Positions 1-20,694 of a DNA stretch of 64,000 bases are shown here, piece after piece. The notes beneath the pieces are model-generated. The model was given only the letters and a program-made list of their open reading frames with translations. It searched no databases and had not been told where the DNA came from. How positions within the stretch are numbered: position 1 is the stretch's first letter; each line of letters begins with the position of its first letter. The position numbers and the translations under genes were made by a program. This DNA comes from the human T2T-CHM13v2.0 reference genome, Homo sapiens, in the NCBI RefSeq assembly GCF_009914755.1, contig NC_060941.1. One strand, given 5' to 3'.

Positions 1-239
1 AGGGCAAATAAATTTCAGTGGTGAATCTGCTATTTACAATTTTCTAGGCAGCTTCTGTCCATTAATATGCATGCATGAAAAAAATGACTCTAGTTTCCAT
101 TTTTAAAATGCCAAGCATATTCTCACCCCAGTGTTCCTGTGCACCTGGCTCTTCTTGGTAGTTTTGAGAGTTTTGGATTAAATTGTGTTTTTTTCCTTCT
201 AGAATGAGAAGAAGTCCCTAGATGAAGCCAAAGACAGTA

Positions 240-325
240 TAATTTCTCTGAGCCTCAGTTTGCTCATCTGTAAAATGGAGACATTATGAGTACTTTGCAG
301 TATTTTCATGCAGGTGAAAAGAACC
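240..325 (-). mobile_element. MIR SINE fragment
   Basis: MIR core motif ctctgagcctcagtttgctcatctgtaaaatgg. Confidence 0.7.
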
Positions 326-914
326 CAACTCCACGTCTGACATGATGAAATCTCCAAATTTTATCTGTCCTCTCCCTTCCAGGGCCAGGTGGGGTGTGCA
401 GTGGGGCCTCTGGGCCCAGGTGTTGGCATTGGACACTTGGTTCCTCCTGGGCTCTGTTCCCAGCTTTTCCTACCCATATTTCCAGGTACCCAAGGCTAAC
501 TGCCTCCCCCAGAACAACCCCCAGATTCGTTCCACCTTAAAAGGTCCTTGAGCTCTCACTAGAACAACCAAACAAGAGAACAGAACATTAGAGAAAATTG
601 CTTGTCTAAAATAGACAAATAATTTTCATTTCATCCTTCTTTCTGTGCTCCACTTTATCTGTCTTCTTGCTGTCCCTTTTTCTATATAAGCCAGGCACGA
701 GGGCGATATTATTCTTCTAAATTCTCAAGATGGATTATGTAATAATCTAGACTGAAAAAAGAAAAGGCAACTGCTTGGTAAATGGACACGAGTCTTTGCA
801 GCTATTTAAAAAGATAAAGCCCAGATCATCCTCGCCTTCCAGTACTCAGTAGTAGCTGATTGCCCTTATTCTTGGGTTTTGCAGAGAGTCCCAGCTGGGC
901 CTGTTTGGAACTGT

Positions 915-1812
<898 letters not shown>

Positions 1813-2186
1813 CTAAACAGGAGAGTGCCTTGATGGATTAATGATGTCTGCCATAGGTGCACAGGAGAGGTGTTGGCTGATACATTAACATGCAAGAGCC
1901 AAGTATCCCTGGACTAGGTCTTCTGTAAGGGCCCAATTAAGCCTCTGTGATGTAATAATAATGAACATAGCACCAGGTTCATTGTGATGCATAGTTGAGA
2001 TAATCTATGCAAATAACACCTTGCAATATTTGAGGTGCTGTGCAGATGTTGGCTATTATAATAATAGTTATTATTTTAGTTCTTGGATGCTACTTCTTCA
2101 ACACTTTTTAAGGCAGGGCCATAAATAGCAAGTGGCCTGTCTGGGCCAGGGTGGGATGAGGTGTGAGGTCAGAATGCAACATTGGA

Positions 2187-2505
2187 GGCCAGGCGCGGTG
2201 GCTCACACCTGTAATCCCAACACTTTGGGAGGCCGAGGCAGGTGTATTACTTGAAGTCAGGAGTTCGAGACCAGCCTGGCCAACATGGTGAAACCCTGTT
2301 TCCACTCAAAATACAAAGAAAAAAAAAATCAGCCAGCCGTGGTGGCGTGCACCTGTAATCCCAGTTTCTTGGCAGGCTGAGGCAAGAGAATTGCTTGAAC
2401 TCGCGGGGAGAGGAGGTTGCAGTGAGCCAAGATCCTGCCACTGGACTCTGGCCTGGGCAACAAAGTGAGAGAGACTCCGTCTCAAAAAAAAAAAAAACAA
2501 AAAAA
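2187..2505 (+). mobile_element. AluS
   Basis: full Alu dimer; TSD aatgca(a/t)cattgga. Confidence 0.9.
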
Positions 2506-2951
2506 TGCATCATTGGATGGGTAGTCGTATGGGATTACAGGAATGAATAGTTGAAAATATTAGAGATTTCAAAGCTAGAACTCTTTTTTTCAACCTGAGG
2601 AGGGAAATGATAGAGGGAAGACAACATACGGAGTTCTAGTTCCAGCATACATCTCTGCCCCAACCAGCCTACGGCCCATAGAATCTTTCTACTCTCAGGC
2701 ACGATTATACTTAAGGACTCCATCCATCCATCCACACACACACCAACCCATCCACCCACCCACCCCGCTACTCATTCACCCATACATACATCCATTTACC
2801 CATTTATCCATTTATTGAGCATTTTCCACGTACCTGGCCTACCTAGGTGCTGGAAGTTAGTCAGGGCTGCTATGTTTCACAACACCAGGGGACAGCATTT
2901 ACACCGTGGTCTTCGCATAGATCCACTGGACACAGAGTGAACAAGACAGAT

Positions 2952-3311
<360 letters not shown>

Positions 3312-3567
3312 TCATCTGACATAGTGATGAGTTCTAAGAAACTGAAACAGAGTGATGGGGTGTGATGCACTGTAACAGGTGGGGATAGGCTGGGAACTTA
3401 GTTTGGATGGGATGCCCAGGAAAGGCGATATTGGAGTAAAAGCCTAAATAACCAGAAGGAGCTTTCCAAGTGAAGTTCTAAGGATAGAGCATATCAGACA
3501 GAGGGAACTGCAAATGCAAAGGCCCTGTGGTAGGAACAGTGCTTGGTACCAAAAGAATGCCAGTGTG

Positions 3568-4825
<1,258 letters not shown>

Positions 4826-5604
4826 GGTGGAGCTAAGTGTATGAAGAGAATGGTATGAGATGGTGGAACTTTTGGCTTAAGCAACTGGGTGAATGGTTGA
4901 TGCCATTTCCTGAGAAGGGAAGACTGAAGGAGGAACAGATGAGTGGAGAATTGGCTCAAGAGATCTATTTTGGCTATGTTGCCTTGAGGTGCATGTAAGA
5001 TATTCCTGTGGAGATACTGAATAGGCAATTCAATTTAGTAGTCTGGAACTCAGAGGTTGGGTTGGAGGTATGGATTTGGGAGCTGTGGTAGACATGGAGT
5101 TTCTTGCCCAATATCTATACCCCTTTTCATGATAACTACCCTAATGTATGTTCCTGTGTCCATATCTCCCATACGCCTGGAGGGAAATAACGCCACCCTT
5201 GCACTAGTGGTGGAAGATAGAACTCAAGCCCAGGCCAATCAATAATCCCAACTTCTGGCCTTGTAAGTGGCTCTGGAGTGGGCACTTGACCCTATTTGGA
5301 GCAATACAATTACAGAAGACGAGTGTGAGGGTTTTCTGGTTCTTTCAAGAGCACTTGGGAAGAGGCCTCTCTCTCCCTGAACATGAAGAATCACATAGCC
5401 CTAGAAGCTGTTCACAGCTATCTTGCAACCACAAGCACAGCCAGGATTACAGTAACATTGATTCAGTAAAAGGTAGAGCTGAGGAATTTGGAAAAAGAGT
5501 AGTAAAAATCCTGACATTGAGTCACCAAAGCCCACCCTGCCTCAGAATTTTGTGAGATGCAAAATTCACTCAAATGTCTAAACTAGGTTGGGTTGAAATC
5601 TCTG

Positions 5605-5606
<2 letters not shown>

Positions 5607-5650
<44 letters not shown>
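5607..5650. repeat. (CA)n microsatellite
   Basis: about 22 uninterrupted CA units. Confidence 0.95.
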
Positions 5651-5651
<1 letters not shown>

Positions 5652-6092
5652 AACTGATACTAGCCATGGGTTAGACGCTGTTGCCTAGGGAGAGTGTGGA
5701 TGGGCCTGCACGTGAGTGGACCAGGAGGAAGGCTACTGAAAGTTTTCCAGAGAAGGGGTGCTGGGATCCCTGGACGCAGCCATCCTGGAAATTTTCCTAT
5801 GTGGAGTCTGGGTCTCTTCTAGTGAAGAGAAAACCTCAGGTCTTTGTGCCAGACAAGCTAGATTTGAACAGCCTCTGCCATTTGCTTGTGGAGGAGTTTT
5901 GGCAACTTGCTGAACCTCTCTGAGCCTCAGTTCCTTCCCCTATTCAAAGGAGGTCACAGTAGCCACATCATAGGGTTGTGTGAAGGTTATGCAGTATAAA
6001 AACTGTGAGGTGGGGGGCTAGCTTTCTGCCCCTCCTTTCTGCCCTCTCCTTGGTGGTGACAAGCTGCTCTCTCTCAAAGCATATTGAGGGAC

Positions 6093-6102
6093 GCTGAGTC
6101 AT
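6093..6102 (-). promoter_or_regulatory. AP-1 / ARE-like motif ATGACTCAGC
   Basis: gctgagtcat in apparently unique sequence; motif match only. Confidence 0.3.
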
Positions 6103-6791
6103 TTTTTAAAACTAAAAATGTTAAGTGCTCCCTCAAATGACTGTCTCCAGAGAAGCAGTTGATAGCCAAGCACATTTGTCCCTCCTTTTCATGCATGGAT
6201 CACATTTTAGCATGAAAATAGATGCTCTAATTAGGGGAGAAAGGAGCCAGCATCTGCTGGCTGCTAAGTGATGGCTCACAAGGGACAGGGAGGAAGGGCT
6301 GCTTCCAGCACAGGAATGGGATGACCTGTGGGATGGCATCCCACCCTGAGAGGTCCCTGAGGGGCAGACCCGAAGGTGGGAAATACAGAGCTTTTGCTGA
6401 ACTGGAAGATAATTCCTGGAGATGAGGCAGTCCCAGGGGGCCAGGATGCTGATTATGGAGGAGTCAAGCCTGCCTAACTCCTCTCCGCAAAGGGCAGATA
6501 GTGAGGTCCTCCCAGGCCACTGCCATGAGTCTTGTTATCTATGAAGGAGGCATTTCTTGGCTGGGTCCAAGTGTCAGCTCTGCCTCTCACTAACTCTATG
6601 ACCTGGGCAATGCATTGAATGCCCTTGTACTTCTGTTCTTCCATCCGTAAAACATAAAATTGGGAGAGTCACGGCTGCTTCAGGTACACTCATAACCCAA
6701 TGGGGGAAGGCAAACGGTATAACTCCTATTAAGGAGAATGTGGTCATTTCTAGTAAAATGACATATGCAATTGCACTTTGACCAGCATTCC

Positions 6792-7331
6792 TGTTACCAG
6801 AAAGGGGTCCTGATCCAGACCCCAAGACAGTGTTCTTGGATCTCACACAAGAAAGAATTCAGGGCAATTCCATAAAGTCAAGTGAAAGCAAGTTTATTAG
6901 GAAGGAATAAAAGAATGGCTATTCCACAGACAGAGCAGTCCCAAGGGCTGCTGTTTGCCCATTTTTATGGTTATTTCTTGAAGACATGCCTAAACAAGGG
7001 GTGGATTATTCATGCCTCCCCTTTTTAGACCATATAGGGTAACTTCCTGTTGTTGCCATGGCATTTGTAAACTGTCACGGCACTGGTGGGAGTGCAGGAT
7101 GACCTAAGGTCACTCTTGTCGCCATCTTGGTTTTGGTGGGTTTTGGCCGGTTTCTTTACTACCTTGTTTTATTAGCAAGGTCTTTATGACCTGTATCTTG
7201 TGCCGACCTCCTATCTCATTCTATGATTAAGAATGCCTTAACTTACTAGGAATGCAGCCCAGCAGGTCTTAGCCTTATTTTACGTAGCCCCTATTCAAGA
7301 TGGAGTTACTCTGGTTCAAATGCCTCTGACA
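6792..7331 (-). mobile_element. MER41A-type solo LTR
   Basis: tgttaccagaaaggggtcc...gcctctgaca; lacks the GAS-bearing block (ttcatg|cctcccc junction near 7014); TSD ttcc/atcc. Confidence 0.85.
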
Positions 7332-7394
7332 ATCCTACCCTCTAAGAATCTATCCCAAAACCACAATGGCAAAAATACAAAACATATATACTCA

Positions 7395-7860
<466 letters not shown>

Positions 7861-9014
7861 CTAAAAAGAACAAGGATTATTTCTATGTGTTGCTTTGGCG
7901 TGATTGCCAGGATACAGTGTTACATGAAAAAAGTAAGATGGAGAAAATATGTTTAGTATACAGCCATTTATCCAAGAAAGGAGGGAGGGAACACACACAC
8001 ACACACACACACACAGACACCCCACAGAACTTTTTAATCGGGAGGATATTTTTAACTGGTTACCTCTAAGCAAGGGGAGGTAGAGAATGAGGTGGAAGGG
8101 CAAAGACAGAGTGTAGAATTCTCTGCAAGCAGTTCACAATACCATTCCCTCCATTTTTGTAAATATTTGGAATCTTTCATAATGCAACTTTTTATTTTTA
8201 AATGATTTTCCTTTCTTTACACTGGCCAGTGGACCAAATGGCACAGAACAGAGCCACCACCAACCTAAAGCCTTACTTTGGGCTTTTCTGTGAGAAACAG
8301 CAAGCCTTTTGTTGTTTCTTGTTTCTATGACTGAATGACATCTATTTGTTCTGCAGCTTCGCTCACTCTAACTAACACACAATCCCACCATTTATCTTCC
8401 AGGTCTTACCTTGGCCTTTCCTTCCTGGCTCAAAACCTGTGGGTTCACCTCACAGGTGAGCAACCTCCAGCTTGACCTCAAGTCCTTCTTTTACAATACG
8501 TTCTCAAGGAGACAGAAGCCAAGAGTCTGGGCCCTGCCTCTTCCTTAGCTCCGACCCCAGGCTCACAAAGGAATTGGAGGTACACTGGCAGTTCTATATG
8601 ATTGCTGTCCACTTATTCTATGAGCAAGGGGACACTTGTTTTGGCCCAGTGGTTTTCATTATTCTCCTTCTCCTCCTCTCCCTCCTCCTTCTCCTCTCCT
8701 TTCTCCTGCCACCTCTCTCCCCTCCTCACCCTCCTGCCTCCCCAACCTGCTGTTACATATGACTTCTAGTAAGTCTCCTTAAAAGGAAGAGAGGATTTCC
8801 TTCTTTTCCCCTACCCCATCCCACTGCCTGAAATGTGGGTGCAATAGCTGGAGCTCTAGTAGCCATTTTGGACCCTGAGGACAAGAGTCACATCCTAGAA
8901 GTGACAGAGCAGAGAGCTGGAGGAAGCCTGAATCCCTGATAATTCTGTGGCATCACCACACCACACCAGGCTCAGGCCACCTACTTCTGAACTTCATAAA
9001 AGATGTGATAGTGT

Positions 9015-9321
9015 GGTCGGGCGTGGTGGCTTCTGCCTGTAATCTCAGCACTTAGGGAGGCCAAGGCAGGTGGATCACTTGAGGTCAGGAATTTGAGACC
9101 AGCCTGGCCAACATGGCGATACCCTGCGTCTATTAAAAATACAAAAATTAGCAGGGTGTAGTGGCGCACGCCTGTAATCCCAACTACTTGGAGGCTGAGG
9201 CAGAGGAATCGCTTGAACCCAGCAGTCAGAGGCTGCAGTGAGCTGAGATCAAGCCACTCCACTTCAGCCTAGGTGACAGACTGAGACTCTGCCTCAAGAA
9301 AATAAATAAATAAAAATAAAA
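9015..9321 (+). mobile_element. AluS
   Basis: Alu dimer; TSD taaaagat(g/a)tgatagt. Confidence 0.9.
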
Positions 9322-9761
9322 GATATGATAGTATTAGAGAAATTAACTTCTATTTAAGCCATTGTTATTTTATGATTAAAAAAACCCAAACAGTTTAATC
9401 TATCCTAATTGATAAGTCTTTACTCCCCAACATCAGCTCAGGTGTGCCTCTGCAGGGCCCCAGACTACACTGAATACTGTTCTGGCCATAGGAAAATCAG
9501 CTGGTTATTGTGAACTGTGCTGACTCTTAGAGATTCTGCCCAGAACAAAACGTGTCAACTCTGCTCACATCGTGTTGACCAAAGCAAGTCATGTGGCCAA
9601 ATCTTATGGCAATGGGGTGGGGATATAGAATCCCCTCAAGGGGAAGAACAGGGAATATTTAGAAATAATAATATGATCCATCCTAATAGTCAACAAAACC
9701 AAGGCCCAAAGAAGCAAAGTGGCTTACCTGAGGTTTTACAGACTACTAGGAGGCAGAGTTA

Positions 9762-10072
<311 letters not shown>

Positions 10073-11384
10073 AACCCTGGCTGGGCTGATTTCAACTCTA
10101 ATGCTCTTTCCTTTACACTTTACTATGTCTCAAAAGGAACACTTGATTTGGGAACACATAATGGCTTCGAAGAAGGCAGTGTTGGTGAAATCAGGCTCAC
10201 CTACTAGGTCTTATTTCCATGATTTATCCCTTTCCTGCAGTCTTCTTTGGGGCAGCAGTTATAATCGCCCTCTCTTCTCTTCCCCTCTTTTGAAGTCCAA
10301 GGTATCAAAATTTATTACTACAGTGGAGACTAGGAAGTGCACCCCTGCCCAACTTGAGGAAGGATAACAAAATGTGTGGAGCAATGTGTGAAATAGCCTT
10401 CACATGCGAACACAGATATTCCCAGAGGCAAAGGCAACACAGTGTGACCATATTGGGACCTTTCCAATGAATTCAGATATTTTAAGGATATAGACAAAAG
10501 TCAGGAGGAAAGGCATATTCCTAAGTGGTATGCAGGAAAGAATTATGGGATATTGTGGGTCTTTACATTTTTCTCCTGTGTTGTGAGCTGTTCTGGTTCC
10601 TTCATCTTCCAAACCACTAATTCGATTTTCCACATAACCAATCCACCTTTCAGTAGTCAATGTATTTTAAATATTTAAATTTGCACAGTTTCTTTTACTC
10701 CCAGAAACTTTTTAAATGCTGTAACTGTATCTCCTCAAGAGTTTTTTTTTCCTTTTTCAGTTAATTTTCTTGTGTAATTCTTCCATTAGTTCAATAGCAG
10801 CCACTTGTTCAACTAACAAAAAAATGAGAAAAAAGAAAAAGAAGGGAAAGTAATAAAAACTCTAATAAAGAAAAAGCATAAAATAAAATTGGTAGGAATA
10901 AAATTGAGAATATCAGTTATAATACCAAGAGAAAAGATGGTCAAAGTAAATTTATAAAACAAAATATCTTATATACAAGCATATACTTATAGTTAAACAG
11001 TAAAAAGCGTAGAAAATAAAGGGATGGAAGAAAAATAAAGTAGTAGTGGTGATGTTAGTATCAGATAAAATGAAATTTAGGATCAAAGACATTCAATTGG
11101 TCAAAGAGGAACATTACATAATGATAAGATAATATTCTTTATAAAGAAGAGGTGGTAAACATAAGGCCTTATGAACCAAACAATATAGCAGGTAAATATA
11201 ATATTTAAGGCAAATACTCCTAATGATACTAAGAGAATTTAATAAAAATTTAGGTATGGTGGAAAAATTTTAAATATCCCTTTAAGAATTTGACAAGTCA
11301 AGTAGTTAAAATATGAGCAAGGACTTATAGAATATGAGTGTTCTCATTGATAAGCTTGGTTTAATATGCTAGAATTTTTTAGAC

Positions 11385-11756
<372 letters not shown>

Positions 11757-11983
11757 CTAAAAATGTAATGGAAGGCCTGATAGCATAAAACCATCAATTC
11801 TTCCAAATTAATTTATAAATTTAATGCAATTTCAATGATATCTTCAACAGTCTTTTGAAGAGGGAAGGAGTGATTTTAAAGTAAATATAAAGAATAAATG
11901 TTCCAGAATAACCAACCAAATTATGAAGATGAAGAGTAGTAAAAGGAGACTTGTCTTACTACATGTTAAAAACTACTGTAATT

Positions 11984-12590
<607 letters not shown>

Positions 12591-13027
12591 CAGTTTGGTA
12601 TAGGGATAGACCTACAGGTCAATGGAAGAGAACAGTCTAGAAATAAAACCAAATATATGAGAAGTATGTCAAAGGTGATATTTCAATTTGGTGGGGAAAA
12701 GATTGTTTAGTCAATAAATGGTGCTGGCACAATTGGTTACTCATCTGGAAAAATTGCAAAAACAACCCCTTACTATATTTGGAAAAATTAAATTCCAGTC
12801 AGATTAAAATGCAAATGTAAACAATATTATTTTAAAATTTAGCAGCAAATTTAAACATTTTATGTAACTTTAGCAAGATAAGAAATCTGAATGTTGTAAA
12901 GAAAAAGATTACATTTGACTATGCAAAAATAAACTTTGTTCAAAAACCTCACAAAGTCAATGATAGCACTTGGGAAAACTACTTTCAATACATATGATGG
13001 GTAAAGTATTAAATCTGTAACATTTCA

Positions 13028-13511
<484 letters not shown>

Positions 13512-14937
13512 TCAGATTGGTAAAACAAACAAACAAACAAACAAACAAACAAGAACCCCAAATGATAAACTTCAATCTTGCTAAGGATGAGTAAAATTGG
13601 GCACTCAACATTGCTGGTGGGGAATGTTAATTGCTACAGCCTTTTTAGAGGGTGACCTGCATTGTGTATCTAATAAAATACACAATGCATATTCCACATG
13701 CCATGTTTGTATACACATGCTATCTCTGAAAGCATATCCGAAAAATTGGCAACAGTGATCAGTCATCTCTGGTAAGGGGAACCATGTACTGGAAAACGGG
13801 GATGGGAGGGCAACCTGTATATCATGAATAGTCTTTTTACCTTTGGAACTTTATGTTGTATTTGTATATATTTTTTAGCTAACAAATAAAGAAAATATTT
13901 GTAACATTTTGATTTGAGGTCTTTCCTCTCTTAAACACAGGCCATCTACAGCTATAAATTTCCGTCTAGCAACTGCTTTCACTGCATTTCATAAACTTCA
14001 GTATGTTGTGTTTTTATTTTCATTCATCTCAAAATATTTTCTAATTTCCCTTGTGAATTCATCTTTGACCCATTAATTATTAAGGACTGTGTTCATGTCC
14101 ATATATTTGTAAGTTTCTCCAATTTTCTTCTATCATTGATCTCTAATTTCATTCTATTGCAGTTGAAGAAAATACTTTGTATAATTTCAATACTTTTAAA
14201 TTTACTAAAACTTGTATTATGGCCCAACATATGGTCTATCTTGGAGAATGTTCCATGTGTATTTGAGAAGAATGTGTATTCTGTTGTTGTTTGGTGGAGT
14301 GTTTTATAGATATCTGTTAGATATAATTGGTTTAGTGTTGTTCAAGTCCATTTCTTTGTTGATCTTCTAGTTTAAGATCTAATTGTTCTACCTGTTGTTT
14401 ACAGTGGATAATTGAAGTCTCCAGCTATTATTGTTGAATTGTCTATTTTTCTGTTCAAATACTACCAGTTTTTGCTTTAGTATTTTGGAGCTCAATTGTT
14501 AGGTGCAAATATGTTTATAATTGTAATATTTTCTTAATGGATTGACCCTTTTTAAAATTATTTAAAATTTCCTTTGTATCAATAAACAATTTTTGTCATA
14601 AAGTCTGTTTTGTCTGATATTAGTATAGCCATTCTGGATTTTTTAAACTGTTTGTCGCCTTTTTACTTTTTTCATCCTTTTGCTTTAAACCTTTTTGTGT
14701 CTTGGAATAACAGATGTATTTCTTGTAAACAACATAGTTAGATAATTCTGCCAATCTCTACCTTTTGATTGAAGTGTTTTGTGCACTTATATTTAATGTA
14801 ATTACTGATAAGGTAGGATCTACATCTACCATTTTGCTATTTGTTTTCTATATGTCATGTCTTTTTAATTAATTTATTTTTAATTTTGTGGATACATAGT
14901 AGATATATAGATTTATGGGGCACATGAGATGTTTTGA

Positions 14938-15338
<401 letters not shown>

Positions 15339-16218
15339 TAAATAAATATTTTCTAGTGTACCATTTTATTTCCCTTGTCACTTCTTTGACTATTTTTTGA
15401 AAAATTATTTTCTTAGTGGTTGCTCTGGGGATTACAATTAAAGCTTTGCCCCTGTATATTCCCATTTCCTCTCCCCTCTTGTGCAAAAATTTAGACTATT
15501 AAAAATCTGTGTGAAAAGTTTTTACTCTTTGTATAAAATTTACATCTTTTTTATACTGTATGCCAACCAACACCAATTTTTAATTATTGTTTTATGCTGT
15601 CTTTGAAATCAGGACAAAAATGAGTTTCAAACAAAAAAATTTATACTGTCTTTTCTATTTACTTATGTAGTTACCTTTACAAGTGTTCTTTATTTCTTTA
15701 TGTTGATTTGACTTACCACTCTGTCCTTTCATTGTAGCCTGAAGGAGTCCCCTTAGTATTTCATGTAGGGAAGGTCTGCTAGTGATGAATTCTCAGTTTT
15801 TATTTACCGGGGAATGTTTTCATTTCTGCTTCATTTTTGAAGGATAGTTTTAGTGGATATAAAATTCTCAGTTGTTTTTTAAATTTCAGCATTTTGAATA
15901 TGTCATCCCACTGCCTTCTGTCCTCCATGGTTTCTGATGAGAAATAGTTTTATTCAGGATCGCTTGTATGTAATGAGTCATTTCTCTCTTGCTGCTTGGA
16001 AGATCCTCTCTTTGTCTTTGTTTTTCAACAGTTTAGTTATGATGTGTCTTCAAGTGTATCTTTTTTACCTAATCCTACTTGTAGTTTATTGAGTTTCTTG
16101 GAAGTGCAGATTAATGTTTTTCATCAAATTTAGGAAGTTTTCATCCATTCTTTCTTCAAAATTCTTTCTCTTCTATCCCCTTTATCTGAGATTCCCATGG
16201 GACCTTGAAGATCTATTC

Positions 16219-16514
16219 TTTTTTTTTTTTTGGAGACAGGGTCTCGCTCTGTCACCAAGGCTGGAGTGCAGTGACATGATCTCCACTCACTGCAACCTCC
16301 ACCTCCTGGGTTCAAGCAATTCTTGTGCCTCAGCGTGCTGAGTAGCTGAAATTACAGGCATGCACCACCACGCCTGGCTTATTTTTGTATTTTTACCAGA
16401 GATGGTGTTTCGCCATGTTGGCCAAGCGGGTGGCGAATTCCTGGCCTCATGTGATCCACCCATCCCCGCCTTCCAAAGTGCTGGGATTACAGGCTTGAGC
16501 CACTGCACCTGGCC
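16219..16514 (-). mobile_element. Alu (J/S)
   Basis: antisense Alu dimer. Confidence 0.88.
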
Positions 16515-16799
16515 AAAGAATTGAAATTAATTGGAAAAACTGAGTGTGCTCTGGCTGGGAATCTTTTTTCTTTCTGTCCCTCAGACTGGATAACCTCAAT
16601 TGACATATCTTTAAAGTTCACTGATGTTTTCTTCTGCCTGCTCAAATCTGCTGTTAAACTCCTCTTAGTAAATTTTTCATTTCAGTTGTAATTTTCAACT
16701 CCAGCATTTAGTTGTTTTTAATATATAATTTGTTTCTTTATTGAAATTCTTTGTTTGTTATCATACTTTCCTTTAGTTCTTTAGGTGTGGTTTCCTTTA

Positions 16800-17093
<294 letters not shown>

Positions 17094-17779
17094 TAGCTGA
17101 TTTAAAGTTTTTATCTAGTAAGTGCAATTTGTGGGCCTCCTCAGGGAACGTTTCCATTAATGACTTCTCTCGTGTGTATAGGCCATGCTTTCTTATTTCT
17201 TTGCATGTCTCATGATTTTTGTTGAAAATGAACATTTGATATAATGTAACGTGGCAACCCTGGAAATCAGATTCCCCTTTCCAGGGTTTGTTATTATTAC
17301 TATTTCTTTAATGAATTTCTTGACCTAATTCTATAAAGTCTGCTTGTATTCTCTGTCAGGCGTGGCCACTGAACTTTCTGATCAGTTAACTTACTGGTCA
17401 GCTAATGACCGGACAGATATTTCATTAAATGCTTGGAACCAGAAAGTCTCCCAATCTTTGCCAAGGACTCTGTGTGAGTTTGGGGCATGCTTCAGTGCTC
17501 AGCCAAACGGCTTAGAATCCTACCTTAATCTTTACTTTCTGTTTGCACAGTTTCAAGGCCAGCCAGAGGTGAGGGCTCAGGGCCTTCTCAGGTCTTCCTT
17601 GAGCATGTGCGTAGCCCTGGGCATGCACACTGTCCTGGGCACATGCATGGCCTTTTAGAATCCCAGGAATCTATCAGAGCTTTTCCTAGCCCCCTGAGGA
17701 TACCTCTTTCCTCAATTTTTCCTTTTAAGTTTTTTGGTTACTTTGTTGTTTGTCCTGTAATTACTGCCTCAGACAGCTA

Positions 17780-18117
<338 letters not shown>

Positions 18118-18937
18118 CTACTGATTATTTTTGACAAATGCCCTCAGGAAAAAGGCTTTTTGTACTGAGCAAGTTCTACATCAGGTCAAATAAAGAGAGC
18201 CTTGCAAGTGGGGTTTTCCAGGGCACTGAGAGACAGTTCAAGTAGGACAATTTTCTGGGAATGGGGCTTTGATAGAGTGCCATTCCCTGTTGTAACCCCT
18301 TCAGTAGCTGGAAGACTGCTCACTTTCACCATGATTATAGCCTGTTCGTTCCCAAGGTTACCATGAAGCTGGAGAGAAGAGAACGGGAATAGCACAAGTT
18401 AATACCCAACTTATTTTTTTCCAGATGGCTATTCATTGTCCAAATACTATTTATTGCAAAGTCTGTCTTCCCACCCACCCCCTCGATTTGCAATGCTTAT
18501 ATACTGTACTAAATTATCCTATGAATTAATTCTCTCCTTTTGGACTTCCTAGTTTGTTCTCTAAGTTTGTCTATCTGTTCATATGCCAGTCCCATATTGT
18601 TTCAATTATTAAGGCTTTGAATTATATTAAAATAGCCAGTAAGAATATTACTTTCTCATTGTTTTCCTTTTTCACAGTTTTCCTGGCTGTCCTTGGCTTG
18701 TCTATTTTTCTGTATGAGCTTTCAGAATCAACTTGTCTGGTTAAAAATATATTGTTTGTATTTTTATTTAATTTCCACTGAATTTATAAGTTAATTATAT
18801 ATTAAGACCTTGTCTCTATTAGAAAAAGAAAAAGAAAATAAATTTTAAAAATCACAATAGGAATTAGAAACTATTTTGAACTGGATAATACAAAAATACT
18901 GCACATCAAAAGTTGTGGGATGCAAAGACATGCTTAA

Positions 18938-19271
<334 letters not shown>

Positions 19272-19300
19272 TTAGAAATGTATAACTTTAAATGCATATA

Positions 19301-19713
19301 CAAATGCTGTTGGATTTACTATAAGGTTACATCCTGATACACCCATCATAAGTTGAAAATATTGTAAGTCAAAAATACATTTAATACACCTAAATTACTG
19401 AACATCATAGCTTAGCCTAGCCTATTTTATGCGTGTTCAGAACACTTACATTAGCGTAAAGTTGGGCAAAATCATCTGGCAACACAGCACAATGAAGAGT
19501 GACCCGTGTTTACCCTCAGGATTATGTGGCTGACTGGCAGCTGCAGTTTACTGCCACTGCCCAGCCTAACAAGAGTATTGTAGGCATATTTCCAGCCTGG
19601 GAAAAGACCAAATTCAAAATTTGAAGTATAGTTTCTACTGAATGCATATTGCTTTTCACCATTGTAAAGTTGAAAAATCATAAGTAAACCCATTGTAAGT
19701 CGGAAGCCATCTG
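19301..19713 (+). mobile_element. MER47-like TcMar-Tigger MITE
   Basis: ca(a/g)atg...catctg terminal inverted repeats with TA on both sides; ttac...cctgatacacccatcataagttgaaaat. Confidence 0.75.
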
Positions 19714-19907
19714 TATTAGAAAAGAAAAAAGACTGAAAAACCAAAATGTTAAGTGTTCATGTCAAGATGTCAACAACAGAACAGCAAATTAAACTCAAAG
19801 AAAGTAGAAAGAAGAAAATAATAAAAAGCAGAAATTAAATGAAATTTAGAAAACAAACATATACTAGAGTATCAATAAACTACATGATTATCTCTTTGAA
19901 AGAATGA

Positions 19908-20217
19908 GGCCAGGTATGATGACTCATTTCCTGTAATAACAGCACTTTGGGAGGCCATGGCAGCAGGATTGCTTGAGGCCAAGAGCTTGAGACCAGCCTG
20001 GGCAATTTAGTGAGCCCCACATCTCTACAAAAAATTAAAATATTAGCTGGGCATGGTGGTGAGTGCTTGTAGTCCCATCTACTCAGGAGGCTGAGGCAGG
20101 AGGATCACTTGAGCCCAGGAAGTTGAGGCTGCAGCGAGTCATTATCAAGCCACTACACTCTAGCCTGGGCAACAGAACAAGATCCTGTCTCAAACAAAAC
20201 AAAACAAAACAAAACAA
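19908..20217 (+). mobile_element. AluJ
   Basis: ggattgcttgaggcc, gagcccaggaagttgaggctgc; (CAAAA)n tail. Confidence 0.85.
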
Positions 20218-20404
20218 GAATGGAAGGGACTGATAAACCCCAAGTAAGATTGATAAGAAAGAGATAGAGATACAGAAAAGGCATAAATAATGAATGGCAG
20301 CAACGAAAATGGAAATCTCACCATAGATTTCACAGATATTAAAAAGATAAGAAAAAAGATTGTGAGCAACTTTATACCAATAAACTTGAAAGATTAAATG
20401 AAAT

Positions 20405-20694
<290 letters not shown>

